A stretch of 64,000 nucleotides of DNA, taken from Marsupella aquatica. Lineage: Eukaryota; Plantae; Marchantiophyta. The position numbers were made by a program, and so were the translations under genes. Under the pieces are notes generated by a model. The model worked only from the letters and a program-made list of their open reading frames with translations, was not told the origin of the DNA and did no database searches. The stretch is taken from assembly GCA_973895155.1 (NCBI GenBank), contig OZ316895.1, forward strand, positions 11,825,919 through 11,889,918, in the 5' to 3' direction. Every line of letters begins with the position of its first letter. Within the stretch, counting starts at the first letter, position 1. Positions 38,901 to 51,955 of this stretch are shown in pieces.

Positions 38901-40241
38901 CAGCACAGCCAGACATTATACAAGAGTATATGGAAGAGCTCATAATTAAAATGTGCAAGGGCAAGCTGCATGCATGCCAACCGAAAAACAATTTACCCGC
39001 ATAACAGGAATGACAAATTTGAATAAGGCTATGCTCACTTACCCTGGAGATGACCCTGCAGTAACGTAATATTGTACCACGGTCAAGGTTAAAAGCACGT
39101 AGTAACTGGCTGCAATCCTGAGCACAAGTACAATGACATCAACAATATGAATTCATTAACGCGATAGCGCCCTCTCCCAGAATGTGTTCTCATACGTATC
39201 ATCATCAAATATGGCTGGATCGTTTTCAAAACAGCTCAACGATGCAGTGATGATCCACCGCGTGTTCCAATTTGTGTAAAGGAGGATAACTTCAGCTCCA
39301 TCATATAGCCTTCGATGAACGGGAGCACGTATCGTGCTTGTTGTCCCGAAGCTTAGTGTATGGTTACCAAATCATCGGGCAATTAATGTTTCATTCAAAC
39401 TCATACTCACACTCAAACTTACTTGGTTGGTCGTTCAGAAAGCAGAGTGTAAAGGGTAGAAGTGCTTCGCGTACAAAGAATTCAAAATCTTACCAAGACA
39501 GCTCAAGAGTCTGTCGACGAAGGTCGGAATCCAACACAAGTACAAATCCCACACAAAAGACGTGGGCTGCAAACCAACAAACCTTCACGCCCCATCCCAA
39601 CCGCTCGATTCCCCCTGAACACATAATTCACATTAACATCCCTTCATCACACTCAAAATCCATCACACCCAGAAATCTCCACCCTCCCACCTTTCAGAAA
39701 CAGTGCTGAAACTCCTAGCACGAAATTAGGACACAGGAGAGACATGCTAAACTAGTCTGGATTTGCCGTCCAAGGGAAGGATGACACACTTAGTCCGTGT
39801 AGGAACTCTACTCAGACCCCAAGAATGCCCCCAGAATTTCTCCACTCCTCGACGGATACAGAGCTCAGAATAGCCATGCGAGAGGCCCCAAAAGACCACA
39901 AGGGAAATATCAAGACAGAGGATGAATGGAGTTCGGAAGGCAAAAGTCATCCAAGATCAAACGCCTCAGACGGACTTTGAAACTAACCACTTTCTCCCAA
40001 TTCTCAATGGAAACCTCACCCAAACGCCCCGATGAAAGCAACTACGAGAAACCTCGTAAAGAGTGTAGTGGAGTGAAAAGAAATCGGAGAGAGATTCCGT
40101 ACAACGGGACGACATTGCATAATTCGTCCTCCTCAAGCTCAATTCCTTCCTGCCACTCGCACCCTGTCTCCTCGCACCACCGGCAGCATCAGCAGGAGCA
40201 TCCTCCTCACCATACGAGGTCGTCGTCGTGTCGTCTGTCAT
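35929..40241 (-). CDS. DHHC protein S-acyltransferase (PAT10-like), about 11 exons
   Basis: [37 protein letters not shown] (DHHC-CRD), TNQTTYE (TTxE), NPFSKG (PaCCT-like) and C-terminal RRCCG*. Start ATG 40241 inferred from splice phase. Confidence 0.9.
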
Positions 40242-40572
40242 CCAACGACAGACGGGGAGGCAGCAGCTGCAGCAGCGACGGCAAACTTCGGGAGGGGAAG
40301 TTCAAGGACATCAAAAACACCATGACGGATCATGAATCTACTCTTCTTTTTAATTATTTCCCAATCTTTGAAGTTGGGCTTTCAATCCGTGAAAGAAGAA
40401 GATGGGATCGACCTCCTCATCAGTGTCCACTGATGATTCGCTGCGAGAGCAGGATGCATCTCGTGCCTGTGCTCTCGTGCTTGTGCTCATTTGGAGGTCT
40501 TGGCCCGACGAGGAGGATGCTAGGAGCTACAGCTCAAAGCTAAACCTTGCTTACTGTAGTTAGTAAAGCGAT

Positions 40573-42325
40573 TGTGGAAAGCAACGTAGGACTCTACACT
40601 CCCATGCCCACAATCCAAAGGACATAGCCCAATAATTGGTTGGAGAGTATTGTCCATAGACTTAAGTGATGTTGTTCTCTAGTTCTCAAACACCAGTGAT
40701 ATATATGGCCACAAAGTCAAACACTCTAGAGAGTCGACGAGATTAGTTGGCCTAGCAGAGATTGTTGATTGTTGATAATATGTGATGTAAGTGTTTCAAG
40801 TATGAGAGTGGTGGACCTAGCCACCCAACCCCCTCACCAATCCTAGTACTCTTGTGTAAGAACCCTTGGTACCCGAATGCCTACATGGAACTCTTTGAGC
40901 AAGCAACTCTAGGTCTCTATCCCCACGAAGTCGCACCTTCATGTGGGGATAGAGGCCCAGAGTTGGACTTTCATACGAAGTCGCGCTTGCTCTCTAACAC
41001 GACCGTTGCTCAACGATTTTCATTGTTTTGCACAAGCAACCAAACACATCGGTAAGTAACCCATCATGATCCAGGATCCTCAAGACCATTGTCTTGACTC
41101 AAACTCAATAGTTGTTAGTAAGTAGGTCAGCGAATAGAATCTCCCGGGCCTATTGCTAAGGCCAACACCTATTGTTCATCCAAAACAGCCCCTCTATCGG
41201 GTGCCACTCGAGTTTCTCCACTTTCTATCAATCACTGACTACCACCCTAGCTATTTCCAAGACATGTTCATGGCCCAAAATAGCTACGTTGTACCGAAAC
41301 TTTCCCAAACGTTAGGACCAGTGTGGCCCCAACTCTAGCAACCATCTCTAAGGTTTCAACTCAACTTAGAGTTTAGGGCCAAATGCACTTAGACAAATTG
41401 AATGTGGCTTGGCTGTTGTTTTGGTAGGATTTGACAAGCGGGAGAGATAGCCCTCACAAACCTCAAAAACCAAAGGCACCCCCAGACCCATCTGAGCTCA
41501 GAAAGATGTAGTCCTACTCAAGAGATTTCCAATGCATCCAAGTTGTTCTTCAACGGACTTCTCGTTATGAAGTTAATGTCATATCTGTTTGACATTTATC
41601 CTTAGTGTCTCGTTTGCCACAACTCACTACTTAGGCTTGCCATTGGGCCCCAAGGAGACACAATCCCCTCATATATACTTCTAGAGACCTATCAACCCTA
41701 GACCAACTCTGGTCCTCTATATTTGGCCGTAAACCTAGATTCCAATGTGATCCCATGCAAGGACATGCAACTAACTTGTTATGCCCATAATATCTAGTCA
41801 GACGTTTGTAAGTAAAGTGTCTTAGTCCGTTGTGATCAGGACGACCCAGTGCTCATGCCCAAGCTCTCAGAACAATTGAGGGTCTCGGACAGCGTAGCTG
41901 TCGTATCTCACATGACAAACATCCATTGCGCACAAAGTAATAAAACTTCTTTGGCCTTGGGCCCAAGAGGATCTTTCACTCAAGCCCTTAGAACTCAATG
42001 TCCATCCGGGGGTCCAAACGGTCCACCCTAAGCTTGGCGCTTCCCATGACCCAACCAGCTCCCAATGCTAGTCTAAGTCCTTAGTGTGTGTTATCAGCTT
42101 AGCGCATTGCCTTTGCTAGTGCAAGCCTTAGGCTTCATTGCTCACTAATCTCCCCATACTTAGTTCGCACTGGATGGTTGTTCCGGAGGCTTGGGCCATA
42201 GAGGAGTTCTCGTGTCAAAGTCAATGACACCAAAGCATCCACTTGAATGGATGGGCTCTTGGCCATGAAGGGTTGCATGTGCTGCCTTGTGTGTAACAAG
42301 ACAGGACAAGCGGGGGAGACCAACT
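40573..42325. mobile_element. Possible solo LTR or LTR-retrotransposon remnant
   Basis: Non-coding, begins with TG and contains motifs resembling plant LTRs (ttccaatgcatccaag...gaagttaatgtc). No TSD or second LTR found. Confidence 0.3.
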
Positions 42326-42384
42326 GGACCTTTGGTTAATTAGCACTGGCTTTGTGTGTTGAGGTTCTCCTCAACTGTTTAAGT

Positions 42385-42830
42385 GGGAGGCTTCGACAAC
42401 AAAACCATAGACATTCCAGGTCTAGATGAAGCTTTGCCAACAATGTCCTGGGGCAATGGGTTGGATACAAGGTTGGCAACCACTACATTTGCAATAGGAT
42501 AAGTCTGCAGTCCTGTACCATGGTAAGACCAGCCAACACCCATTATTGCGGTGGACCTAACAAGTTGATGACAACCTGCCCGGTAAAGTGTAGCAATGTT
42601 CTTGAGAGGTCCTGAGCAAAGCATCATAAACCAAAAGATCTCTTCACCTTTACTACAATGCACTAGGGAAATGTAACCTAGTATCATCACATGTGGTAAG
42701 CCCATTGCAAACAAAGATGCATGCCCATTAGAAACTTCTCTGAAAGTATCTTTAAAACGGGATGCCTCTGTTGGCTTTGCCAATGTCCATGCCTGACACT
42801 CTAAATCAAAGCATTCAGGTCAGTCCATTT
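42385..42830 (-). mobile_element. Degenerate CRE-clade fragment
   Basis: HCSKGEE and IANVVVAN..PLPQDIVGKASS align to RCSLGGE and LADVVVANPLCQDIIGTAAT of the young copy. Confidence 0.65.
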
Positions 42831-43106
42831 CCAGGGTTTTTCAATGGTGTTAAATATTGTGAAAGTGTGCATGCGCTTGCCAAGGTAAGCCTAAGATAAT
42901 ACTTTGCATTGAAAGGTATATTTGACTCACAATAGAAACCTATACCATAAAACAAAACAGGACAAAACCTAACCACAATATGACACACAAAATGGCAATG
43001 CTCTTGAGGGATGCACAGTCTTAGGGTAAACTTACCTAAACAGTACAAGAATGATTGCATGTATGGATGGGAATTAGACTGTCTTCCTCAATCAAGAATG
43101 GAATGC

Positions 43107-43234
43107 GCGCCCAGAGAGGCATGACTTTGTGGTAGCTCATTTGAGTAGAGACTGATAGGTCTTGGGTTCAACTATTGTGGCCGACTCTTCCCTTTCCGTG
43201 GGGTTTCACAGATTTCCCCTTTAAAAAAGAAAAA
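43107..43234 (+). mobile_element. tRNA-like SINE
   Basis: A-box-like TAGCTCATTTGAG, B-box-like GGTTCAACT and an A-rich tail. Exact 13-bp TSD AAGAATGGAATGC at 43094-43106 and 43235-43247. Confidence 0.9.
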
Positions 43235-44856
43235 AAGAATGGAATGCAAAAACAAAGTAAAAACAACTCATGATTGCTTAAATTGAGCCTTAAGAGATCA
43301 AATCCATAGTTCAGAATAACTCCGCCAAGGTCAAAGAAGTACACACAAAGAAGGGCATGAATGCCAAGGTGAATAGGCGGACGATAAGGCCTGGCAAGGT
43401 TTTATTAGTGGCATAACACATGCCTAAAGGGTGGGGATTGAGGGTTTTGTTCCCAACTAAATGTCAATGGTGCAATGAGGGATTGGCCACCATTGGGTCC
43501 ACCATAATCCCAATTTGGACTTAGCTGAGGAATCCCCTTTGTAATCCTAAGAGGGATTAGCTGGTTTAAAAGTACAATTAGTAACAACTTAAGTAGACAA
43601 ATGTGAAAGTGCTCATAATCACTTAAAAATGCATTTCAAACTCAGGTTCAATGTAGTGAATCCCATGAAATACATGCAAGATATGTGTAAACCAGGTGTA
43701 AAGAACTATTGTATATAGATTTAAGAAAATCAAAGTATGTCCAGAGTATGATGATCTGATCAAGTACGTGCCCATTTCCCGTAAAAAAACAAAGTGAGTA
43801 CTTCAGAGATCTATTGTATAATGTGTTCAACCACAATTTGTAATACAAGTACTCTGGGTAACAGAGCACCTAGTGGAAAAGAATTGGCATGGGGATTGGC
43901 ATGGCAAACACCTTTGCTACTATGATCAAATAGAAGTTTGATTGTGCAACTCTTGGTGTCATACCATTTTTGAATCAATTTCTGTGGCCACATACTCTAC
44001 CTAGATTGGACACTTTAAATGCTGAGTTGACTCGCAAGCTTGGAAACAATGAGAACCTAGACAGAGATAATTTCTCTATTTGCAGCATCCAAAGAAGAGA
44101 AATGAGAACTCAAACATGTACATTAAAAATTCTTCAGCAGGGGTGTGCACAGCTAGACAATACTTTGCAAATTTAATCTTGATTTTGGAGTTCCTTAATA
44201 TTACTGTATCTTTATTTTAGCATGATCTCTTTCCTTTGTAGTTTTCAACCAGTGTAGGTGGTATTCTTATGTCATTTTCTTTGGTTCCTGTTTGGATTTC
44301 TTCCTCCCTTTTTCTTCTTGTGCTTTGTTGGAAAGAAATCCAGGATTGACACAATGCCTTGACAAGGTGCTCAAATGGACTCACAAAACACCCATAAACA
44401 CAATATAAACATCAAGTCACCCTCTCATAACATTATTAATAGCTTTGGGGACCAATCTTTGTATATGTAAGGGTTTTTCTTTCAGTTTGTTGGCACTTTT
44501 CCAGGAATGAGTCGTTCTCTTTCAACCACCACTGGGCCATATGAAATTGGAAGTGTCCAAGACTTTTACTTTTTCACCCCTCTACATGAGACTTTGCTCC
44601 ACAATTTAAGGAAAAGGTACCAAAATGGTGAAACCTCGTGGATCCAGGTTTTGTCACGGCTAGTGACTCTGTGAAGAGAACTCTGGAGGAGCTGACACAT
44701 CATAAAATTGTCTGGAAAATTGTGTTGTAGTCTGTTCCCCATGAGAGTTCCTTTGTCAGAGTTCACTTGGGATTTTCAATCTCAGGGTGGTCTTAGGATG
44801 AGTTGGGGGCCCATTACTTTTTTTTTATTGCCTCTAAAATTAAATCTGGACTCTCT

Positions 44857-44990
44857 CTGCCCAAAGAGACATGAACTTGTGGTAGCTCACTTGAACAAAG
44901 ACTGATAGGTCTTGGGTTCAACTATTGTGGCCGACACTTCCCTTTCTGTGGGGTTCACAGATTTCCCTCTAAAAATAAAAAAATAAAAAC
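44857..44990 (+). mobile_element. tRNA-like SINE
   Basis: Close match to the 43107 copy. A-rich tail. 13-bp TSD ATCTGGACTCTCT at 44844-44856 and 44991-45003. Confidence 0.9.
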
Positions 44991-45329
44991 ATCTGGACTC
45001 TCTAATCAGGGGAAACTGATGCTGCTGGCTTTACAAGAACTAGGGGCCCATTCAGGTCCTGTGTTTTTTACTGATTTTACATGGCAAGTAATGGGCCCAA
45101 AGGAAACTCTGTTGTGGAGTGCTTCTCTTGTGTTAGAATTTTAGACCACCCTGAGAACTGTTTCAAACATTGGGTTGGACATTTAAGGGATTTGCATTCA
45201 GGTGTGAGCTATATAACATGTTCATCTTGGAACATGCCTTTTTTTTGTCTTGTAGTGATATGTAATTTATTTGATTTATTTTATGATAAAAGAAGTAGGT
45301 AAATGTAAAGTATATGCCAAGAACTCACT

Positions 45330-46165
45330 TAATTACGGACCCCACTAGAGGTCCCTTCCAAAATTCCTGGCACCACAGCGTGCCACGTCAACAACAACCG
45401 CAACAAACAAGACTCGTCGGTTTTGTGAATCAAACTTATAGTTTTCATTCGTGTTTGTGTCAATTTGGGTGTAAATTTTGGGACGCCGTGCCGTAAAAAG
45501 AAAAGTAAAAACATTGGAAATGCAAAGAGCAAGACGGTTAAAACTGTCATATGTAACCGTTTTAGTTACATTTTCAATTTTAAAACTTAAATTCAAAGAT
45601 TTATAAAAAGTATTTTTCATATAATAAATAATGACTAATAACTAACTTGATAACTTCCTTGTTAAACTGCAACTCCCGGTATGTAAGGACCTCTCGTATT
45701 GTATGGCCATTAATGCTGGGAAGAGCACATAGAAACCCAGGATCGGGGAGGAGGAATGGCTGGAATCTTGAAAGTTCATCAAATTTTATACTCAAAACTA
45801 TGTACTCATTCTCAAAACAAAAAACACCCAGTCGTAGATCTCATTGAGATCTCTCTTTTGCACCCTAGATCGCCTTCTGGCATGGATGAATAAGATTTCC
45901 AGAGGCATTACAAAATGGACGACAAAGATCGTAAAATCAACAAAATCGACGGCTAGGAAGGCTTGGATTTGTTTAATTTTCATTTGAAAAATATTAACCC
46001 ATTTGCAAAACGGACAGAACCCATCCATAGATCTATTTGAGATCTTTCTTTTGAGCCATAGATTGGCCATTATGATGGACGGACAAGATTTCCGGAGATA
46101 AGAAATGGAGACGGCTCAGATCGACTCTTCCCCCTGATTTTATTAGCCAAGGGGTCCACGAACTA
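45330..46165. mobile_element. Possible non-autonomous DNA transposon
   Basis: Ends carry GGACCCC / GGGGTCC in inverted orientation around an AT-rich interior with GATC palindromes. TSD not resolved. Confidence 0.3.
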
Positions 46166-46640
46166 ATTAAGAGTGAGTGATATGGTACACATGCAAAGAA
46201 AAGCACATTATGACCAAAAAAGTACAATGATACTAAAGAGTTGTGCCCATATAGTACAGATTTTCACTTGCTTCGATTTTCACTTGCTTCTAGGTAATGA
46301 CAATCAACTCACTTAAAACCATAAATTTTGTAAAGGAAACCAAGAGGGGAACTTAATAGACCTGATGTGCACATTGTTCAAACTGATTTCACTTACTCTC
46401 ATGAGAAAAATGATAATTCACTATGGAGTGATTGAAAAGGAAGTGTTAAACATTTATGAGAGGAGCCAAATACATTAAAAGGGGTCCAAAAGTTAATTTA
46501 AAAACAAATTAATACAAATGATTCACCTAGTTAAGGCACATTAAAATAAAAATACTGAACACAAAATCTAAATAAGATAAAATATGAAAGGTTGCATTCA
46601 AGTGTGAGCTATATGAAATGCTTATTTTGTGTCTAATCTT

Positions 46641-46710
46641 AAACCACTTCGAGGGGTGCAATATAAAATCCACTTCGAGGGGTGCAATTCAAATCCACTT
46701 CGAGGGGTGA
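46641..46710. repeat. 3 x ccacttcgaggggtg, upstream of ALG3
   Basis: Three exact 15-bp cores spaced ~25 bp apart. Confidence 0.85.
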
Positions 46711-47645
46711 TCCAATCCAATCTTCGAACTTTAGTTCGTTCAACTATTACTGTAGGTATTTGTATTTACTGAACTTCGTCTCGAAAGGTTTTTGTCTAGT
46801 GTAGAATTATGCTTAGAACACGAAATGGGCTCAACATGCCTTTTGTGAAAAACAGTCACAAGTGCCCAAGTCTCCTACAGCTACCCTCAGATTTTCAATC
46901 TCAGAGCCTTCTCTTCGCCTTGTGGAGAAGGAGACTCGATTATATTTGTGGGTAGCAAGTAGTGGACGATCGACCGTGATTCACCTCCGCGATCAATCGA
47001 GGTGAATGTCGTCGACTTCATTGGTGGCAGCAACCGGCGAAAGATCGCAGAATGTGGCCCCAGTCTCGGAAGTTTTGAAAATCCCTCAGAGAAGGAGGAT
47101 TGAGCGACATCGAGCTGGACTGCGACTGCGAGCCCGCTGCCTCCCAAACGTCACCGATTTGAAGGTCCTGGAGGGATTCGTTCTAGGGTTTAAGTTCTGC
47201 CTCTCGATTTGGTTCCTTAATCCCAGGATCAAATTGGTTGTGTCTTGGAAGAGAAAGGACAGAGGGAGAGTTTAGGGCGCTGGATTTAGAGGATGGAATT
47301 CATATCTGTGGAAGGAGATTGAACTGGAAACAAATGTTCATCGAAGATTGCTACAGCTGTGGGGTTTAATTCTGTGTTCACGGGACGGCATCAGTTCAGT
47401 CTCATGAATTGATTCTCAACTCTACGTGACAAAGAGCACGTTTAAGGCGGGTATTCTGAACTTTGAATCACAAGCTGATACTGAACACGAATTTTGCAGA
47501 TCTGTTATGGTTAAAATGAGAAATGTCGTTCACCCTGCTGAGTGGCTATATTCTGAAGGAATAAATGTGCGGAAGCAACTGCAGGTTTTTCCTTTGGGGT
47601 GAGAAAGGAACATATTTGCGGATCGTTTAGTTAAGAGGCAACACA

Positions 47646-50600
47646 ATGGGGAGTCCGAAAATCCGTCAAAAAATATATGCAGCTGCTTCTTTGCTTCTTC
47701 TTATGGACTCTGTGCTGGTTTCCGTAATTATCGCCTGGGTTCCATGTACGTCCCTCTTACCTGTCCGGATTGAGCTTACTGCATGGTGAATTTGTACAAT
47801 CTTTGGGTCGAGCTTTCATCTCGGTAGGGCATGGTACCTACTTCTGAGTTATACAACACTTCTAGAAATTTGGGTTTCGTTCCATCCGCCTAATGCTCGT
47901 GAGCTGAATTTATTTCATGCAGATACCAAAATAGATTGGGATGCATACATGTCACAGGTGAGACGCAACAATAGCTTTAAATTCGTGCCAAAATTGAAGG
48001 AATGAGGACCTTGTGACTCTTGATGAGGAAACTGATCTCCATAATGTTGCACGGATTTTTTATGAATTCAATGACTGTAATTGCTTTGTGGGATCAAGTC
48101 CTGCTACCTCGTATGTGGCATTATTAGCGAAGCATGAGGACCTCGTAATTCATCCCGCGAGCCAGGGTCGTAATTAATTTTTATGCTATCAAGAAGGATA
48201 TGATAACAGCCTTAAACTAATGAGTAAGGAAGAAGGATATGATAACGAGAATCCTTCAAACCTTCCATTCTTTCTCGAAGGCACTAGTGATGACTAGTCG
48301 TCCATGGAAAGTCCGGGCAATACCACGGAACAGGAGGAAAGACTGCCGAATCTAGTGCAAAAGTGTGACTGTTCTCCAAGAGAGAAACCTCAACGTTTTT
48401 TTCTTTCGTTAGACCGTAATGATGGTTTGGTCCATGCGCCTATGTGAAGTGAATTGGTCAGATGAATGCGCCATGTCCAATTTTAGCGACGAAGTGATAG
48501 CTGGACTAGTATGGTGCCGCTCCTGCAGTGATGTTGTCAGATGAACTGATTAGTTAATTGGACGAATCTCAGTACTGTTGTAGACCTCTCTCATGGTGGC
48601 TACTGTACTCAGCTCTCCAGGTCACAGGTTTTCTTGCGGGTGAGCGAAATTATGAAAAACTTGAGGGAGACACTGGGCCCTTGGTATATCCGGCAGGTTT
48701 TCTGTACATATACTCGGCAATTCAGTATTTAACTGGTGGTGCAGTCCCTCCAGCCCAGGTATATCTCTCTGTAATGTGTCTGGCGGCCAAATGCCTTGAC
48801 AGTTTGAAAGAGTGCATATTCATCTTGGAATAATGCTCCACTCTGACGGACTTGTTGTTTCTTCACCTGAACACTTTCCCATCTTTTACTTTTCCTTGTT
48901 TCCCTACATCCAGCATCAGCTGGTGTCAGAATGTTTGAATTACCTTTGAGAGATGAAAGGACAGCATCGTGAGGTTTAAAGACGTACAATTCAAGAGGGA
49001 AAGTGAATGGCAGCGAATATTTACTTCAGTGAGGTTTATGAGGACGTTCTGACGTATTGAGGCTTTCGTGCAGATTCTTTTTGGTCTCCTGTACATCTTT
49101 GATTTAGGTCTCGTCATACTTATCTATATTCGGACTGACGTGGTGAGTAGTCGACTTTCCTTCCCACCCAATTCAGTGATTTTGAAATATCCATTATGAA
49201 TGCCTGGACTGCTTTTTGTTGTTCGTGACCAACTCCTACTACAACAAATGTCAGACACAAAGGTATTTGAATCTGATTACTCTTTCTAAAGCCTTGTTGT
49301 TTGTGATTGCCAGGTACCACTTTGGGCCCTCTCCTTGCTATGTTTATCAAAGAGAGTTCATTCGATCTTTGTGCTTCGTTTGTTTAATGACTGTATTGCA
49401 ACGACTTTGGCACATCTTTCCATTGTTTTCTTACAGAAACAGAAATGGTATCTTGGTCTCACTATATTTAGGTGCGTTTCTAACACCTACTGTAGTTTAT
49501 CTTGAGAGTACACACCAGACAGTACTACCATAAAGTTTATGAACTACCCGATCATGTTTGAAAGTCTTTAGACTGTTTTCAAGATTCAGATCTCTCTTGT
49601 TTAGAAGCTCAGGTCTAGTCCTAGGAAGCCATGCTGGTCGCTCTTACCTTGCTCTTAGAAGGTGTGGTGCTTGCGCACTTGTCGCTAGTCTCCATGGTTC
49701 TTAGTCCACATCCTCTGACATTCTCAGTCAATGTGTGGGTGTTGCATATTGTGTCTGCAGTCTTGCTGTCTCAGTGAAGATGAATGTGCTATTGTATGCA
49801 CCCCCGTTACTTCTACTGCTATTGAAGGTTCCGTGCTCTCGCAAGCCGTCATTTTCTGCCAAGTTTGCACTGTCAACCTCAGGGCCTTCTAAGATCTTCT
49901 GCGCTTGCTTGCATGACGCTGTATTCCGAGCTTATTGGAAGACTTTATTCTTCAGGGCACTTTTACGTCGATTTTTTTGGATGTAATTTTCACGGAACAG
50001 CACCGATGATACTGGGTTGTTTTGTAACCGCAGGACTTGTCAGTTGTGGGTGTCAGCATGGCTCTTTCCTGCGCCACCGTGGTTCAGGTGAGTCCTGTTC
50101 CATCTTTTGAAGTTTTCCACATGATTATGAGTATTGTGTCCCAATTACTGAATTCTTTCTTTTTCATTTCCTTCAATATCTGTTTCCAGGTTGAAGAAGG
50201 GTCGTCGGCTCTGAGGTCAACATTTTTGGGGAACCTTTCAGTATCCCAGTGTAGTGCATTTTTTAAGAACATGTCTTGCAGTAGAAGCTTTGAGTATGAT
50301 TCACAGTTTAACCTTCTCTGCACTTCAGGTTATTGTGGGATTGCCGTTTTTGCTGCAACACCCAGTGGCATATATGTCCAGGTCTTTTAATCTTGGACGA
50401 GTTTTCATACATTATTGGTGAGTTTGAGCTACTGTGGCTTTCCTTGCTCTCTGTGCATGTGTTACCTTTGAGGCAAGTTTCTGAAGGATTATGTTGACTT
50501 TTGCAGGTCTGTGAATTTCAAGTTCGTCAATGAACAAATCTTTGTATCTAAAGAGTTTGCTATGATGTTGCTCTTGATCCATCTGGGACTACTTTTCCTG

Positions 50601-51955
50601 TTTGCTAAATACAAGTGGTGCAAGTAAGTAATGCGTTTCTCACTGTTCAATCAATTCTTTCCCTGTGAGGTTAGTTCTTTGCCCTTGATCAAAATCTAAT
50701 GTAGTCAGGGACGGATTCTTACAGCGGGTCCCATACTGATCAGAGGTGCTATTTGCTGTTTTCAGACATGAGAATGGTTTACTGGCATCCTGTGGGCAAG
50801 GTTTAAGGTTACAGAGCGCAGAGAAATTGCAGGGACAGCAGAAAGGTCCTAAACAGACTCTGAGAGCAGATCGTATCCTTCTTTAAACTAGTGGAAACAT
50901 TGTTATTTCTTTTAAATTTTCTTTCCCTTTGCTGGTCCCACTCCTGGAACGTTGCCTAGTTTTCTCCAAGGTATTTACAGTAATTGTGCACAAGTGGAAT
51001 GATGCTGGAAACTGTACTGCCCTGTGGAGTTTTTCACTCCCTTCATGCACCTATTGCCCTCTATTGCTACTTTGACAGGATATATGTTTTTTTCTGACTT
51101 ACCATCGAATTGTAAAAGGATTTGGAATTCCAAGATCATCCCTATGATGCCCTTGAATGTGTAGGACGATCCTTAGCTCCCACGGTAGACATTGTCACTC
51201 TGCTTTTTACAGGAAACTTTATTGGGATTGTATGTGCAAGGTCTCTGCACTACCAGTTTTACTCATGGTATGCATTTTTTAAGGTTGTCGCGTCTGGTTA
51301 ATTTCAATCTAAATCAGAAGTTAAATCCACCTTCTGGAATGTTATTCTTGGATAGTCAGAAGGTACTATCATACGGTCTTCAAGTCTCGTAGAGTATGTT
51401 TTAGAGATATTAGTATCTCAGCATAGATGAGTCTAGTCAAGACTGATTTAGGTTTTGATTTATGTATCATTGGAACAGGTACTTTTACAGCATACCATTC
51501 CTGCTCTGGAAGACTACCTATCCAACATTCTTTCGGTTAGTTAACATTATCAAATTTCCGTCTGTGGTTTTGGTAGAAATTGAAATTCTTGAGGGGCTTC
51601 GGCCCTTGTAGGATATTTGCTGGTTACTACGGTCAGCTTTGAGCAAGACTGTGTTTGCGGGAATAGGACTTCTCGTGTGCTTCTTAATCTACTGTTCACG
51701 TCCAAGAAATGTTGCTGGATCACTACTTAGTCAGAAATAGTATGTCAAAATACGTCTTAAACTTCTGATTGTGTTTGTTGTTGCAGGTTGGCCATCTTTG
51801 CTATCATCGAGCTGTGCTGGAATGTGTTCCCCTCGACTATTCTTTCTTCCATCACTTTACAAGTTTGCCACATGATTGTGCTATGGGGTCTCTGGTGTGC
51901 TCCCGCAGAGAAACCTTACACGCAACCAGTCCACGAGGTTGAAAAGACACAATAG
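47646..51955 (+). CDS. ALG3: Dol-P-Man:Man5GlcNAc2-PP-Dol alpha-1,3-mannosyltransferase
   Basis: [62 protein letters not shown] and [18 protein letters not shown] across ~14 exons; stop at 51955. Confidence 0.95.
50873..51188 (+). other. U12-type (minor spliceosome) GT-AG intron in ALG3
   Basis: 5' site GTATCCTT; branch-like TCCTTAGC ending ~11 nt before the intron end. Splicing restores the frame ([14 protein letters not shown]). Confidence 0.85.

Noticed and set aside
39926-40543. 205-aa plus-strand ORF
   Set aside because: Antisense to the GC-rich first exon and UTR of the DHHC gene; low complexity with no recognisable domain.
43107-43234. tRNA gene
   Set aside because: No cloverleaf or anticodon arm; the A-tail and TSD indicate a SINE.
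34200-46615. Inverted repeats enclosing the DHHC gene as a transposon
   Set aside because: Short, diverged AT-rich dispersed repeat with a third partial copy; the enclosed gene is an ordinary conserved gene.
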